Notes: a model not told the origin generated them from the letters alone. A DNA stretch of 64,000 nt from Gammaproteobacteria bacterium (GCA_003567475.1 PWZL01000048.1:1518-65517), one strand, 5' to 3'; shown: positions 1 through 9,552, numbered from the stretch's first letter. Made by a program: numbers and translations.

Positions 1-403
1 TGAGCAGCAGCAGCAGGCGCGCCTCCACCAGGTCGAACAGCGTCAGCACCCCGAGCGTACCGGTGACCAGCACCAGCCAGCTCATCACGGCCAGCAGGTA
101 GATGCGCCGGTCGATGATGTCGGCCAGCGCGCCGGCCGGCAGGGCCAGCAGGAAGCCGGGCAGCACCACGGCGGCCTGCACCAGCGCCACCATGAACGGA
201 TCGGGCTCGAGCGAGGCCATCAGCCAACCGGCGCCGACTTCGTGCATCCAGCCGCCGAGCGTGGAGATGAAGATGGCGATCCAGAAGGCCCGGAATATGG
301 GGCGGCGCAGCGGCGCCAGCGCGCTGGCGCCGGCGCCGGTCGTCGCTACCGCGGTGTCCGCAGGGTCACGTGGTGGGGCAGCAGGCTCGGGGCGAAGGGA
401 CAA
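1..403 (-). CDS. MFS transporter, N-terminal part (gene continues beyond the window start)
   Basis: The minus-strand translation reads ...SALAPLRRPIFRAFWIAIFISTLGGWMHEVGAGWLMASLEPDPFMVALVQAAVVLPGFLLALPAGALADIIDRR..., which is typical of the first TM helices and the D-R-x-x-R loop of MFS (EntS-like) permeases. The TTG at 403 is the only in-frame start candidate I could find, so the start is uncertain. This ORF is not in the track because it is truncated. Confidence 0.6.
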   Translation of the reverse strand, partial: MSLRPEPAAPPRDPADTAVATTGAGASALAPLRRPIFRAFWIAIFISTLGGWMHEVGAGWLMASLEPDPFMVALVQAAVVLPGFLLALPAGALADIIDRRIYLLAVMSWLVLVTGTLGVLTLFDLVEARLLLLL

Positions 404-500
404 GGCGTGACCTGGGGTGACGGGGTGGGCAGGCAGGCCGCGTCGGGCCCGATGACAGGGGTGACCATTCTACCGCCTGCCGGAGTGCTATCGTTGCGTC

Positions 501-1943
501 ATGAACCGCGCGTTGCACTACCGTTCGGCCAGCGAATGGCTGGCGTTGATGGCGTCGGGGGAGATCACCAGCCGCGAGCTGGTCGAGCTCTGCCTCGCGC
601 GCATCGACCGGCACAATCGGGCACTGAATGCGGTGGTGGCCCTGGACGCCCCGGCCGCGCGGGCGGCTGCCGATCGCGCCGACCTGGCGCGTGCCCACAA
701 TGCCGAGCTCGGTCCCCTGCATGGCCTGCCGATCACGATCAAGGACACCCTGGAAGTCGCTGGCCTGCCCTGTACCTCGGGCGCGGAGAAATACCGCGGC
801 TATCGTCCGGCCCGGCATGCCCCGGCCGTGCGGCGCCTGGTGGAGGCCGGCGCCATCGTGCTCGGCAAGACCAACGCGCCGCAGTTCGGGGGCGACATCC
901 AGACGGACAACGCGCTGTTCGGACCGACCAGTACGCCGTGGCAGGCGGGTCACAATGCGGGCGGTTCCAGTGGTGGTGCGGCGGCCGCCGTGGCCGCTGG
1001 CCTGGTGCCGCTCGAGCTGGGTACCGACCTCGCCGGCTCACTGCGTATCCCGGCGCATGCCTGCGGCATTCTTGCGCACCGCCCGTCCACCGGTGCGGTG
1101 AGCGCGCTGGGCCAGCTCGCCGGGCGGCCGAACCGGCGCGCGCCCATGGACATGCTGGTCGCGGGACCGCTGGCGCGCGACCCGGAGGATCTCGCGCTCG
1201 CGCTCGAGGTGCTGGTGGCGCCGACAGAGGCCGGGCGTCTCGGCAGGCCACAGCCTGCGCCGGCGGCCGCGTCGCTGCGCCTTGGCCTGTGGCTCGAGGC
1301 GGTGGACTGTCCGCCCGAGCCCGGCGTGGCAGGCGTGCTGGGGCAGGCTGTCGCGCGGCTCGCCGGCGCAGGGGCTGGCGTCGCGCCCTGCCAGCCCCTG
1401 GAGGATGCCGGGCGGATGTTCGAGCTGTTCCTGCGGCTGATGTACGCAGCGATGAGTGTTGAATACCCCGACTCGCTGATCGCCCGCCTGGCCGAGCGCG
1501 CGCGCGCGCTGCCCGGGGACAGCCGCGGGCTGCCTGGCGCCATGGCCCTCGGCGCCACCCTGGATCACCGCGGCTGGCTCGAGCTCAATGAGGAACGCCT
1601 GGTTCTCGGCGATCGCCTGGCGCGGCTGTTCGAAGACCACGATGTCCTGGTCTGTCCCGTGCTGCATCGCCCGGCCTGGCCCCACGATGAGGTGCCGGTT
1701 GCCAGGCGTCAGGTGATGCTCGGGGGCCAGCTGCAGCCGTGGATGGCGCAGGCGTTCTGGATCGCGCTACCGTCCCTGCTTGGCCTGCCCGCCACGGTGC
1801 TGCCGGCCGGCATCGATACGGCGAGCGGGCTGCCTGTGGGCCTGCAGCTGATCGGTCCGCGGCACGGGGATTACCGCGTGCTGGCTGCGGCGGCCAGGGT
1901 GCATGCACTGCTGGGGGGTGGGCTGCCGCCGCCGCTGGACTGA
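501..1943 (+). CDS. Amidase-signature family amidase
   Basis: 480-aa ORF. The N-terminus (SASEWLALMASGEITSRELVELCLARIDRHNRALNAVV), the ITIKD segment and the GGSSGGAAAAVAAG motif match the amidase signature family. Confidence 0.9.
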   Translation: MNRALHYRSASEWLALMASGEITSRELVELCLARIDRHNRALNAVVALDAPAARAAADRADLARAHNAELGPLHGLPITIKDTLEVAGLPCTSGAEKYRGYRPARHAPAVRRLVEAGAIVLGKTNAPQFGGDIQTDNALFGPTSTPWQAGHNAGGSSGGAAAAVAAGLVPLELGTDLAGSLRIPAHACGILAHRPSTGAVSALGQLAGRPNRRAPMDMLVAGPLARDPEDLALALEVLVAPTEAGRLGRPQPAPAAASLRLGLWLEAVDCPPEPGVAGVLGQAVARLAGAGAGVAPCQPLEDAGRMFELFLRLMYAAMSVEYPDSLIARLAERARALPGDSRGLPGAMALGATLDHRGWLELNEERLVLGDRLARLFEDHDVLVCPVLHRPAWPHDEVPVARRQVMLGGQLQPWMAQAFWIALPSLLGLPATVLPAGIDTASGLPVGLQLIGPRHGDYRVLAAAARVHALLGGGLPPPLD

Positions 1944-1967
1944 GGGCTCGCCGGGTCGGAGCGCGGG

Positions 1968-2873
1968 ATGACGGGGGAGACGATGGAGACCGAGTTTGCG
2001 GCACTGCTCGACAGGGTCAGCCACCACCGCGCCCTGCATGACGGCGTTGGCATTCACTACGCGGCCCTGGGTGAGGGCCCGCTGCTGGTGATGATCCATG
2101 GCTGGCCGGACTGCTGGTACACCTGGCGGCGCCAGATGCCGGCGCTGGCCGCCCGCTACCGGGTCGCGGCGATGGACCTTCGCGGTTACAACCTGAGTGA
2201 TCAGCCGCAGGGCGGCGAGGCCTATCGGATGCGGACCCTGCTCGGGGATGTCGAGGCGGTGATCGCCGACCAGGGGGCCGAACGGGCGATCGTGATGGCG
2301 CACGACTGGGGCGGCATGATCGCATGGTCGCTGGCGATGCACCGCCCGCAGCGGGTTGCGGGACTGGTGATCTGCAACCTGCCGCATCCCTGGTGTCTGG
2401 TCAGGGAGCTGGCCCGCGGTGGCGCGCAGCATGCCGCGAGCGAGTATGCCCGGCGGTTCCAGGCGCCGGAGTCACACCGCCATCTCAACGTGGAGCGGTT
2501 GCTCGGGATCCTGCCTGCGGGCGCGCCCCGGGAGGCCTATCGGGAGGCCTTCGAGCGCTCCGACCTGGCAGCGATGATGCATTATTATCGGGAGAACTTC
2601 GCCCGTGAGCCCTATGCGCTGCCCGCGGGGGCGCCTGCCCCGGTGACCTGCCCGGTGCTGATGTTCCATGGTCTGGACGACCCCGCGCTGCTGCCGGATA
2701 CCCTCAACGAGACCTGGCGCCATGTCGCCGCACCCTTGACGCTGGTGACCGTGCCGGGTGCCGCGCATTGGGTGCAGGAGGACGCCTGGGCGCGGGTCAA
2801 CGCCACCACGGTGGACTGGCTGGCCCGGGAGTTTGCCGATGGTGCCTTGACAAGCCGTCCGGGCGGCGGTTGA
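1968..2873 (+). CDS. Alpha/beta hydrolase, epoxide-hydrolase-like
   Basis: 301-aa ORF containing HGWPDCWYTWRRQMPALA, the nucleophile region MAHDWGG and a C-terminal GAAHWVQED motif. It starts 24 nt after the amidase. Confidence 0.85.
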   Translation: MTGETMETEFAALLDRVSHHRALHDGVGIHYAALGEGPLLVMIHGWPDCWYTWRRQMPALAARYRVAAMDLRGYNLSDQPQGGEAYRMRTLLGDVEAVIADQGAERAIVMAHDWGGMIAWSLAMHRPQRVAGLVICNLPHPWCLVRELARGGAQHAASEYARRFQAPESHRHLNVERLLGILPAGAPREAYREAFERSDLAAMMHYYRENFAREPYALPAGAPAPVTCPVLMFHGLDDPALLPDTLNETWRHVAAPLTLVTVPGAAHWVQEDAWARVNATTVDWLAREFADGALTSRPGGG

Positions 2874-2878
2874 AATCG

Positions 2879-2905
2879 AAAAAACCGACGAGTCAGTCTG
2901 TTTTT
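2879..2905 (+). terminator. Possible weak intrinsic terminator or bidirectional hairpin
   Basis: AAAAAACCGAC-gagtca-GTCTGTTTTT lies directly after the hydrolase stop codon. The stem is imperfect and AT-rich and is followed by a T5 run. This is an isolated A/T-rich spot in GC-rich DNA. Confidence 0.35.
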
Positions 2906-2955
2906 AGCGCGCGGTCCGGGCACAGCAGTCTGGACGCTTCACGGGGGAGCCACAC

Positions 2956-3924
2956 ATGACGTTCAGCGAGTCCCAGCTGCTCGATGCCTATCGGCGGATG
3001 CGTACCATTCGCGACTTCGAGGAGCGTATCCACACCGAGAACACCACCGGGGACATTCCCGGTTTCGTGCACCTCTACGCCGGTCAGGAGGCCATCGCCA
3101 CGGGCGTGTGTCTCCACCTGAGCGAGAAGGACTACATCGGCTCCACCCATCGGGGGCATGGCCATTGCATCGCCAAGCTCTGCGACGTCAAGGGCATGAT
3201 GAAAGAAATCTTCGGCAAACAGGGTGGGCTGTGTGCCGGCAAGGGCGGCTCGATGCACATTGCCGACCTGTCCCAGGGGATGCTCGGGGCCAATGCCATC
3301 GTCGGTGGCAACCCGCCGCTCGCGGTGGGTGCGGCACTCACCGCCAAGACCAAGCAGACCCGCCACTGCGCCGTCTCGTTCACCGGCGACGGCGGCTCCA
3401 ACCAGGGCACGACCTTCGAGGCCATGAATATGGCCGTCGTGCTCCAGCTGCCGGTGCTGTTCGTGATCGAGAACAACGGTTACGGTGAGGGCACCGGTGC
3501 GGACTACGCGGTCGGCTCGAAGGACATTGCGGGGCGCGCCGCCGGCTTCGGCATGCCTGCCGTACGGGTCGACGGCACGGATTTCTTCGCTGTGGCCGAA
3601 GCGGCTGGTGAGGCCATCGAGCGGGCCCGCAACGGCGGTGGACCGAGTGCCATCGAAGCGGTGGCCATGCGTTTCTACGGCCACTACGAGGGCGATCCGC
3701 AGACCTACCGCTCGGCCGAGGAGCTCAAGCGTATCCGTGAAGACAGCGACTGCCTGCGGATCTTCCGGACCCGCGTCACTGCGGAGGGTACGCTGAGCGA
3801 GGCCCAGCTCGACGCCATCGATGCCGAAGTCGCCGAGTTGATCGACGAGGCGGTCGCCGAAGCGCGGGCGGCCGACTACCCGCCGGTGAGCGAACTGACC
3901 ACCGACGTTTACGTGTCTTACTGA
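2956..3924 (+). CDS. acoA: Acetoin:DCPIP oxidoreductase / acetoin dehydrogenase E1 alpha subunit (TPP-dependent)
   Basis: 322 aa. MTFSESQLLDAYRRMRTIRDFEERI...GFVHLYAGQEA is typical of E1 alpha, and a GDGGSNQG TPP motif is present. GGGGAG precedes the ATG. It is the first gene of an E1alpha-E1beta-AcoC-type E2 triad. Confidence 0.85.
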   Translation: MTFSESQLLDAYRRMRTIRDFEERIHTENTTGDIPGFVHLYAGQEAIATGVCLHLSEKDYIGSTHRGHGHCIAKLCDVKGMMKEIFGKQGGLCAGKGGSMHIADLSQGMLGANAIVGGNPPLAVGAALTAKTKQTRHCAVSFTGDGGSNQGTTFEAMNMAVVLQLPVLFVIENNGYGEGTGADYAVGSKDIAGRAAGFGMPAVRVDGTDFFAVAEAAGEAIERARNGGGPSAIEAVAMRFYGHYEGDPQTYRSAEELKRIREDSDCLRIFRTRVTAEGTLSEAQLDAIDAEVAELIDEAVAEARAADYPPVSELTTDVYVSY

Positions 3925-3937
3925 GGGGGACTGCGCC

Positions 3938-4966
3938 ATGGCCAGGAAAACGATACGCGAGGCGATCAACGAGGCGCTGCGCCAGGAGATGGCCCGTGAC
4001 CCGGACGTCATCATCATCGGCGAGGACGTCTCCGGTGGCGCCGGCGGCAGCGGCGAGGAGGATGCCTACGGCGGCGTGATGGGCGTCACCAAGGGGCTGA
4101 TTGGCGAGTTCGGCCGGGAGCGGGTGATCGACACACCCATTTCGGAGTCCGCGATCATGGGAGCGGCGGCAGGGGCGGCGACCACCGGACTGCGCCCTGT
4201 GGCGGAACTGATGTTCGTGGACTTCGTCGGCGTGTGCTTCGACCAGATCATGAACCAGGCGGCCAAGTTCAGGTACATGTTCGGCGGCAAGGCGCGCACG
4301 CCGATGGTCTTGCGTACGATGATCGGCGCCGGCTTCCGGGCGGCCGCGCAGCACTCGCAGTCGCTGTATCACCTGTTCACGGCCGTGCCGGGGCTCAAGT
4401 GCGTCCTGCCGTCCAACGCCTATGACGCGAAAGGGCTGATGATCCAGGCGATCCGCGACGACGATCCGGTGATTTTCTTCGAACACAAGGCGCTGTATGA
4501 CATCGCCGATGAAGTGCCGGACGAGGCCTACACGATTCCTTTCGGCGAGGCGAATTTCACGCGTGAAGGCGATGATGTGACCATCGTCGCGTTCTCCCGC
4601 ATGGTCCATATCGCCAACGAGGTGGCGGACAAGCTCCGCCGCGAAGGCGTGTCCGTGGAGGTGCTCGATCCGCGCACCAGTTCGCCGCTCGATACCGATT
4701 CCATCCTCGAGAGCGTCGAGAAGACCGGCCGGCTGGTCATTGTGGACGAGTCTGCGGCGCGCTGCGGGCTGGCCGGCGATATCGCCGGCATGGTGGCCCA
4801 GGAGGGTTTCGACTTCCTGCGCGGGCCGATCCGGCAGGTCACTGTTCCGCATACCCCCGTGCCGTTCGCACCGACGCTGGAAGACGCCTATATCCCCTCG
4901 CCGGCCAAGGTTGAAGCGGCGGTGCGCCAGCTGCTGGACACCAAGCCTCGACGGATGTCCGCGTGA
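3938..4966 (+). CDS. acoB: Acetoin dehydrogenase E1 beta subunit
   Basis: 342 aa. REAINEALRQEMARDPDVIIIGEDV... and DTPISESAIMGAAAGAA are typical of transketolase-like E1 beta. It starts 13 nt after acoA. Confidence 0.85.
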   Translation: MARKTIREAINEALRQEMARDPDVIIIGEDVSGGAGGSGEEDAYGGVMGVTKGLIGEFGRERVIDTPISESAIMGAAAGAATTGLRPVAELMFVDFVGVCFDQIMNQAAKFRYMFGGKARTPMVLRTMIGAGFRAAAQHSQSLYHLFTAVPGLKCVLPSNAYDAKGLMIQAIRDDDPVIFFEHKALYDIADEVPDEAYTIPFGEANFTREGDDVTIVAFSRMVHIANEVADKLRREGVSVEVLDPRTSSPLDTDSILESVEKTGRLVIVDESAARCGLAGDIAGMVAQEGFDFLRGPIRQVTVPHTPVPFAPTLEDAYIPSPAKVEAAVRQLLDTKPRRMSA

Positions 4967-6081
4967 GCCTGCACGCCGTCAAGGTTCCGAAGTGGGGCCT
5001 GTCGATGGAGGAGGGCGCGGTGGTCGAGTGGCACGTGGCTGAAGGCGACGACATCGCCGTCGGTGACGAGTTGCTCGAAGTCGAGACCAGCAAGATCGCC
5101 AATGCGGTCGAGTCCCCCGTGGCCGGTCGCGTGGTGCGCATCGTGGCACAGCCCGGTGAGACACTCGCCGTCGGCGGGCTGCTGGCGGTGATCGCGGCGG
5201 CGGGGGGATCGCCCAGTGCCGCCGAGATCGATGACTTCGTCGAAGCGTTCCACGCCAACTTCGTGCCTGGCGGCGACGAGGAGGAGGGCGCGACGGCCGG
5301 GCCCCAGACGCTGGATGTCGATGGCGTGCGGATCAGCTATCTCGCGGCGGGCAGTGGCGAGGCCATACCCCTGGTGCTGGTGCACGGTTTCGGTGGCGAC
5401 GCCAACAACTGGCTGTTCAATCTCGCCGAGCTGGCCATCGCGAGGCCGGTGTTTGCCCTGGATCTGCCAGGCCACGGCGCCTCGACCAAAACGGTGGGAG
5501 AAGGCAGCGTGGCCTCGCTGGCCGCGACGCTGCTCGGTTTTCTCGATGCACTGGCGATCCCCAGGGCCCACCTGGCCGGGCATTCGATGGGCGGGGCGGT
5601 GGTGCTCGAGGCGACCCGGCGCGCGCCGGAGCGGGTCGCCTCGCTCGCGCTGGTGGCCTCGGCGGGACTCGGGGGCCTCGTCAACGGCGAGTATCTCCGG
5701 GGTTTCATCGCCGGCCAGAGCCGTCGCGACATGAAACCCGTGCTCGCGCAGCTGTTCTGCGATCCCTCGCTGGTGTCTCGCGACCTGATCGAGGATATCC
5801 TCAAGTACAAGCGTCTGGACGGCGTCACGGCGTCGCTCGAGACGCTGAGCGCCGGCATCTTTCCCGGCGGTCGTCAGACGGCAGCATTGCGCGGTGTCCT
5901 GGATGACCCGGCGCGCCCGGCGCTGGTGATCTGGGGCCGGGAGGACAGGATTGTCAGTTCGGACGATGCCCACGGCCTGCCGGGGCATGTGCGTGTCGAG
6001 GTCCTGGACGACGTCGGGCACATGCCGCACATGGAGGCGGCCGGGCAGGTCAACCGCCTGCTCCAGGAACACTTGGGGTAA
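4963..6081 (+). CDS. acoC: Acetoin dehydrogenase E2-like component AcoC (lipoyl domain fused to an alpha/beta-hydrolase fold)
   Basis: 372 aa. The N-terminal lipoyl domain carries LLEVETSKIANAVESPVAGRV. It is followed by an alpha/beta-hydrolase body (LVLVHGFGGD, GHSMGG) in place of a 2-oxoacid-dehydrogenase catalytic domain, which is the AcoC architecture. The GTG start overlaps the acoB stop (GTGA). Confidence 0.85.
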   Translation: MSLHAVKVPKWGLSMEEGAVVEWHVAEGDDIAVGDELLEVETSKIANAVESPVAGRVVRIVAQPGETLAVGGLLAVIAAAGGSPSAAEIDDFVEAFHANFVPGGDEEEGATAGPQTLDVDGVRISYLAAGSGEAIPLVLVHGFGGDANNWLFNLAELAIARPVFALDLPGHGASTKTVGEGSVASLAATLLGFLDALAIPRAHLAGHSMGGAVVLEATRRAPERVASLALVASAGLGGLVNGEYLRGFIAGQSRRDMKPVLAQLFCDPSLVSRDLIEDILKYKRLDGVTASLETLSAGIFPGGRQTAALRGVLDDPARPALVIWGREDRIVSSDDAHGLPGHVRVEVLDDVGHMPHMEAAGQVNRLLQEHLG

Positions 6082-6083
6082 GC

Positions 6084-6659
6084 TTGCGGGTCGGGCGCCT
6101 GACGCCAGACTCGAGCGAGGACACCGTGAGCCGCAAAGCCACCCAGGAAGAGACTCCGGCGACCGCCTTGTCGATCGCGGTGCTGACCATCTCCGACACG
6201 CGCACGGAGTCGACCGACAAGTCCGGCGCGCTGCTGACCGACCGGCTGATCCGCACCGGCCACGCCCTGGCCGAGCGGCGCATCGTCCCCGATGACATCT
6301 ACCAGATCCGCGCGGTGGTTTCGGCGTGGATCGCCGACCCAGACATCCAGGTCATCATCACCACCGGCGGCACCGGTGTGACCGGCAGGGACGGCACGCC
6401 CGAAGCGATCGAGCCGCTGCTGGACAAGATCATCGACGGTTTCGCGGAGGTGTTTCGCTGGCTCTCCTACGAGGAGATCGGCACCTCCACCATCCAGTCC
6501 CGCTGCATGGCCGGCGTGGCCAACGGCACGGTGGTCTTCTGCCTGCCCGGCTCTGCCAACGCCTGCGAAACCGGCTGGGACAAACTCATCTCCCAGCAGC
6601 TCGACAGCCGCAACAAGCCCTGCAACCTGGCCGATCTGATCCCTCGGCTGGGAGAGTGA
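6084..6659 (+). CDS. moaB: Molybdenum cofactor biosynthesis protein B (MoaB/Mog family)
   Basis: [20 protein letters not shown]...[19 protein letters not shown]...[18 protein letters not shown] matches the MoaB/MogA fold. The track start is the TTG at 6084. The GTG at 6126, preceded by GAGG, is an equally good start. Confidence 0.85.
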   Translation: MRVGRLTPDSSEDTVSRKATQEETPATALSIAVLTISDTRTESTDKSGALLTDRLIRTGHALAERRIVPDDIYQIRAVVSAWIADPDIQVIITTGGTGVTGRDGTPEAIEPLLDKIIDGFAEVFRWLSYEEIGTSTIQSRCMAGVANGTVVFCLPGSANACETGWDKLISQQLDSRNKPCNLADLIPRLGE

Positions 6660-6699
6660 CCGGCGCGACAGGCTGAGCGCTTGTCTGGGCGGCCACGCT

Positions 6700-6830
6700 C
6701 CCGTAACCTTGGGGCCACCTCCGGGGTGGTCTTGCAGACCTGAGAGGCGGCCGGCCGCAAGGCATAGCCGCCAACCCGTTGAACCTGATCCGGTTAGTAC
6801 CGGCGTAGGGACGGGGCCTGCCGTTTTTTC
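6700..6830 (+). promoter_or_regulatory. TPP (THI-box) riboswitch plus putative expression platform
   Basis: Positions 6711-6815 read GGGGCC...CTGAGAGG...AACCCGTTGAACCTGATCCGGTTAGTACCGGCGTAGGGAC. This reproduces the conserved CTGAGA, ACCC and GAACCTGATC-NGG-TAAT/GTACC-NGCGTAGGGA cores of the THI element. It is followed by a small hairpin and a T6 run (6824-6829), about 50 nt upstream of the TonB-receptor start. The outer boundaries are approximate. Confidence 0.85.
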
Positions 6831-6876
6831 CCTCGCGCAACGACCGGGTCTCCTTTGCAGTCTGCAGGAGAGATCC

Positions 6877-8940
6877 ATGAGCATGATCCGTAGTCTTCCG
6901 GCGGCGTTCATCGCCGCCACCCTGCCAGCCCTTGCCGCCGCGCAGGACGCGCCCCGTATCGATGAGATCATCGTCACCGCGGACTTTCGGGGCGACGCGC
7001 TCGGCCGCGTGCCGGCCAGCATTACGGTGCTCGACGCGGCCACCCTGCGCGATGCCGGGGTACAGCATCTCGAAGACGTCCTGGCACTGGTGCCCAACAG
7101 CAATTTCTCCGGCGAGAGCTCCCGGCCGCGTTATCTGCAGCTTCGGGGTGTCGGCGAGCGCAGCCAGTACCAGGGTGCACCCAACCCTTCGGTGGGCTTT
7201 ATCGTCGATGACATCGACTTCAGCGGCATCGGGATGGTCGCGACGCTGTTCGACATCGAACAGCTGGAAGTGCTGCGCGGGCCGCAGGGGACGCGCTATG
7301 GTGCGAACGCGCTGGCCGGCCTGGTGTACGTCAAAAGCCGCGAGCCTGGTGAGCAGTTCGAACTCGACAGCGAGCTTACGCTCGGTAACGACAATGCCCG
7401 GTCGGCCGGGCTGGCCTTCGGGGGGCCGCTGGACGAGGCCTGGAGCTATCGACTCTCGGCCCAACGCTGGCGCAGCGACGGTTTCCGCGACAACGTGTTC
7501 CTTGGCCGCTCCGACACCAACCGCCGCGACGAACTCACCACCCGCGCCCGCTTGCGGTATGCGCCCGATGACCGCTTCCAGGCCGATGTCACGGCACTGT
7601 ACATCGATCTGGACAACGGCTACGACGCCTTCGCCATCGACAACAGCCTGGTGACCCGGTCCGACCGTCCCGGACGCGACGCGCAGCGCTCGCGCGCCGC
7701 CTCGCTCAGGCTCGACTGGCTGGGTCGCGCGGCGCGGCTGCAGAGCATCACCTCCGCGGCGAATTCCGACATCGAAACCAGCTTCGACGGGGACTGGGGC
7801 AACGACGCCTTCTGGGGCGAGTTTGCGCCATACGACTTCTTCTCACGCACCGAGCGGCGGCGGCGCACCGCCAGCCAGGAACTGCGGCTGCTGTCCGAGC
7901 CTGGCGCCGAGCTGATGGCCGGACGTGCGGACTGGGTGCTTGGCGTCTACGGGCTTTCGCTGCAGGAAGACAACGACAACCTCGATCTCTTCAATGGCGA
8001 GGTGTTCCGCGAACTCGACAGTCGCTACAAGGCGCGTAATCTGGCGGCATTCGGCGAGCTCGACATTACCCTGGCCGAGGGCTGGCAGCTCAAGACCGGG
8101 CTGCGCCTAGAACGGCGCAGCGCCGAGTACACCGACAGCGCCGGCAGCGAGTTCGACCCGACGGAAACCATGTTCGGCGGGGCCGTCACGCTGACCTGGC
8201 AGGTGCACGACACGCTTGCCCTCTATGGTGGGGTCTCGCGTGGCTACAAGGCCGGCGGTTTCAATATCGGTCTGAACATCCCGCAGGAGCGACGCGGGTT
8301 CGATGCGGAGTCTCTTTGGAACTTCGAGTCCGGGCTGCGCGGGCGCCTCCTCGACGGTCGGCTGGTGACCCACCTGTCGGTGTTCTACATGCTGCGCCGC
8401 GACCAGCAGGTCAGCACGTCCTTCCAGCTCGATCCGACGGACCCGCTGACGTTCATCTTCTTCACCGACAATGCCGCCCGCGGTTACAACTACGGGGCGG
8501 AACTCGATGTGAACTGGCAGTTCGCGCGGGAGTTCGCCATGTTCGCAACCCTGGGTCTGCTGGAGTCCCGATACCGCGAATTCCCCGGCGGCCCGGTCGA
8601 CCGCGAGCAGGCGCACGCGCCGAACTACCAGTACGCTGTGGGTCTCGACTGGCGCCAGCCTAAGGGCTGGTTCGCGCGTCTGGAGATGACCGGCCGCGAT
8701 GCCTTTTATTTTTCCGACAGTCATGATCAGCGTTCGCGGGCCTACCATCTGCTGAACGCCCGGATCGGCTGGGAGAACGCGCGCTGGCAGGTCTCCGCCT
8801 GGGGCCGCAACCTGGGCAACCAGCGCTACGCCGTGCGGGGCTTTTTCTTCGGCAATGAGCCGCCGGACTTCGCCGATACGCTCTACATCCGGCGCGGCGA
8901 TCCTCGCCATGTCGGGGTCTCCCTGCGTTACGGGTTCTAG
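6877..8940 (+). CDS. TonB-dependent outer-membrane receptor (riboswitch-controlled, putative thiamine or thiamine-precursor receptor)
   Basis: I chose the ATG at 6877, preceded by AGGAGA. The signal peptide is MSMIRSLPAAFIAATLPALAAAQ. The plug region reads IDEIIVTADFRG...ITVLDAATL, with the LEVLRGPQGTRYGANA motif and a C-terminal ...SLRYGF. The track ORF start at 6709 lies inside the riboswitch and is rejected. Confidence 0.9.
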   Translation: MSMIRSLPAAFIAATLPALAAAQDAPRIDEIIVTADFRGDALGRVPASITVLDAATLRDAGVQHLEDVLALVPNSNFSGESSRPRYLQLRGVGERSQYQGAPNPSVGFIVDDIDFSGIGMVATLFDIEQLEVLRGPQGTRYGANALAGLVYVKSREPGEQFELDSELTLGNDNARSAGLAFGGPLDEAWSYRLSAQRWRSDGFRDNVFLGRSDTNRRDELTTRARLRYAPDDRFQADVTALYIDLDNGYDAFAIDNSLVTRSDRPGRDAQRSRAASLRLDWLGRAARLQSITSAANSDIETSFDGDWGNDAFWGEFAPYDFFSRTERRRRTASQELRLLSEPGAELMAGRADWVLGVYGLSLQEDNDNLDLFNGEVFRELDSRYKARNLAAFGELDITLAEGWQLKTGLRLERRSAEYTDSAGSEFDPTETMFGGAVTLTWQVHDTLALYGGVSRGYKAGGFNIGLNIPQERRGFDAESLWNFESGLRGRLLDGRLVTHLSVFYMLRRDQQVSTSFQLDPTDPLTFIFFTDNAARGYNYGAELDVNWQFAREFAMFATLGLLESRYREFPGGPVDREQAHAPNYQYAVGLDWRQPKGWFARLEMTGRDAFYFSDSHDQRSRAYHLLNARIGWENARWQVSAWGRNLGNQRYAVRGFFFGNEPPDFADTLYIRRGDPRHVGVSLRYGF

Positions 8941-8943
8941 GGG

Positions 8944-9552
8944 GTGATCGACACCCTTGCGGGCTGGCTGGCCGCGACCTCGGCGTGGGAGGCGGCAGGC
9001 GTGGTGCTGGCGATCGCCTACCTGCTGCTGGCCGTGCGCCAGAGCCTGTGGTGCTGGTATGCCGCGCTCGGCAGTACCCTGATTTACCTGTTCGTGTTTG
9101 CCGATGCGCGGCTGTACATGGAATCGGCGCTGCAGCTGTTCTACATGGCCATGGCGGTCTATGGCTGGCTGCAGTGGCGCTATGGTGGGCCGCGCGGCAC
9201 CGGTCGCCGGGTCGGCCTGTGGCCGGCGTGGGTTCACGGCGCGGTCATCGTCGTGGTCCTCGGCCTGACCTCGCTGAGCGGTTGGCTGCTGACCCGCTAC
9301 ACGGCGGCGGAGCTGGCCTACGTGGATGCCTTCACCACGTGGGCGAGCCTGGTGGCCACCTGGATGGTGGCGCGCAAACTGCTGGAGAACTGGGTGTACT
9401 GGTTCGTCATCGACGCGGTGAACATCTATCTCTATCTCAGCCGCGAGCTCTATCTCACGGCGCTGCTGTTCGTTGTCTACCTGGTGATCATCGTGTTCGG
9501 ATTTCTGGCGTGGCGGCGCGACTGGCGACGCGACACGATGGAGCCCGCTTGA
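8944..9552 (+). CDS. pnuT: PnuC-family inner-membrane transporter (PnuT-like, putative thiamine transporter)
   Basis: 202 aa, polytopic. WEAAGVVLAIAYLLLAVRQSLWCW...MAVYGWLQWRY matches the PnuC/PnuT family. The GTG start lies 3 nt after the TonB-receptor stop. The thiamine assignment rests on the riboswitch context. Confidence 0.8.
   Translation: MIDTLAGWLAATSAWEAAGVVLAIAYLLLAVRQSLWCWYAALGSTLIYLFVFADARLYMESALQLFYMAMAVYGWLQWRYGGPRGTGRRVGLWPAWVHGAVIVVVLGLTSLSGWLLTRYTAAELAYVDAFTTWASLVATWMVARKLLENWVYWFVIDAVNIYLYLSRELYLTALLFVVYLVIIVFGFLAWRRDWRRDTMEPA

Noticed and set aside
242-1462. A 406-aa plus-strand ORF overlapping the amidase in another frame.
   Set aside because: It has an Arg/Gly/Ala/Pro-dominated composition with no motifs. 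The overlapping frame at 501-1943 carries the amidase signature (GGSSGG).
2918-2933. A GGCAC-containing sequence upstream of acoA (GGGCACAGCAGTCTGG), examined as a possible sigma-54 (-24/-12) promoter because aco operons are often sigma-54 dependent.
   Set aside because: The -12 element does not fit. With GG at -24, the positions expected to be TTGC read TCTG. No enhancer-binding-protein gene is nearby.
6709-6876. The N-terminal 56 codons of the track ORF for the first TonB receptor. Similar Arg-rich N-terminal extensions occur in the track ORFs for hemN, gpmA, E1beta, dsbC, yajC, the kinase and others.
   Set aside because: The extension overlaps the TPP riboswitch. The internal ATG at 6877 has an AGGAGA SD and opens directly into a signal peptide. 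I applied the same logic (SD, signal peptide or conserved N-terminus at an internal start) to the other genes.
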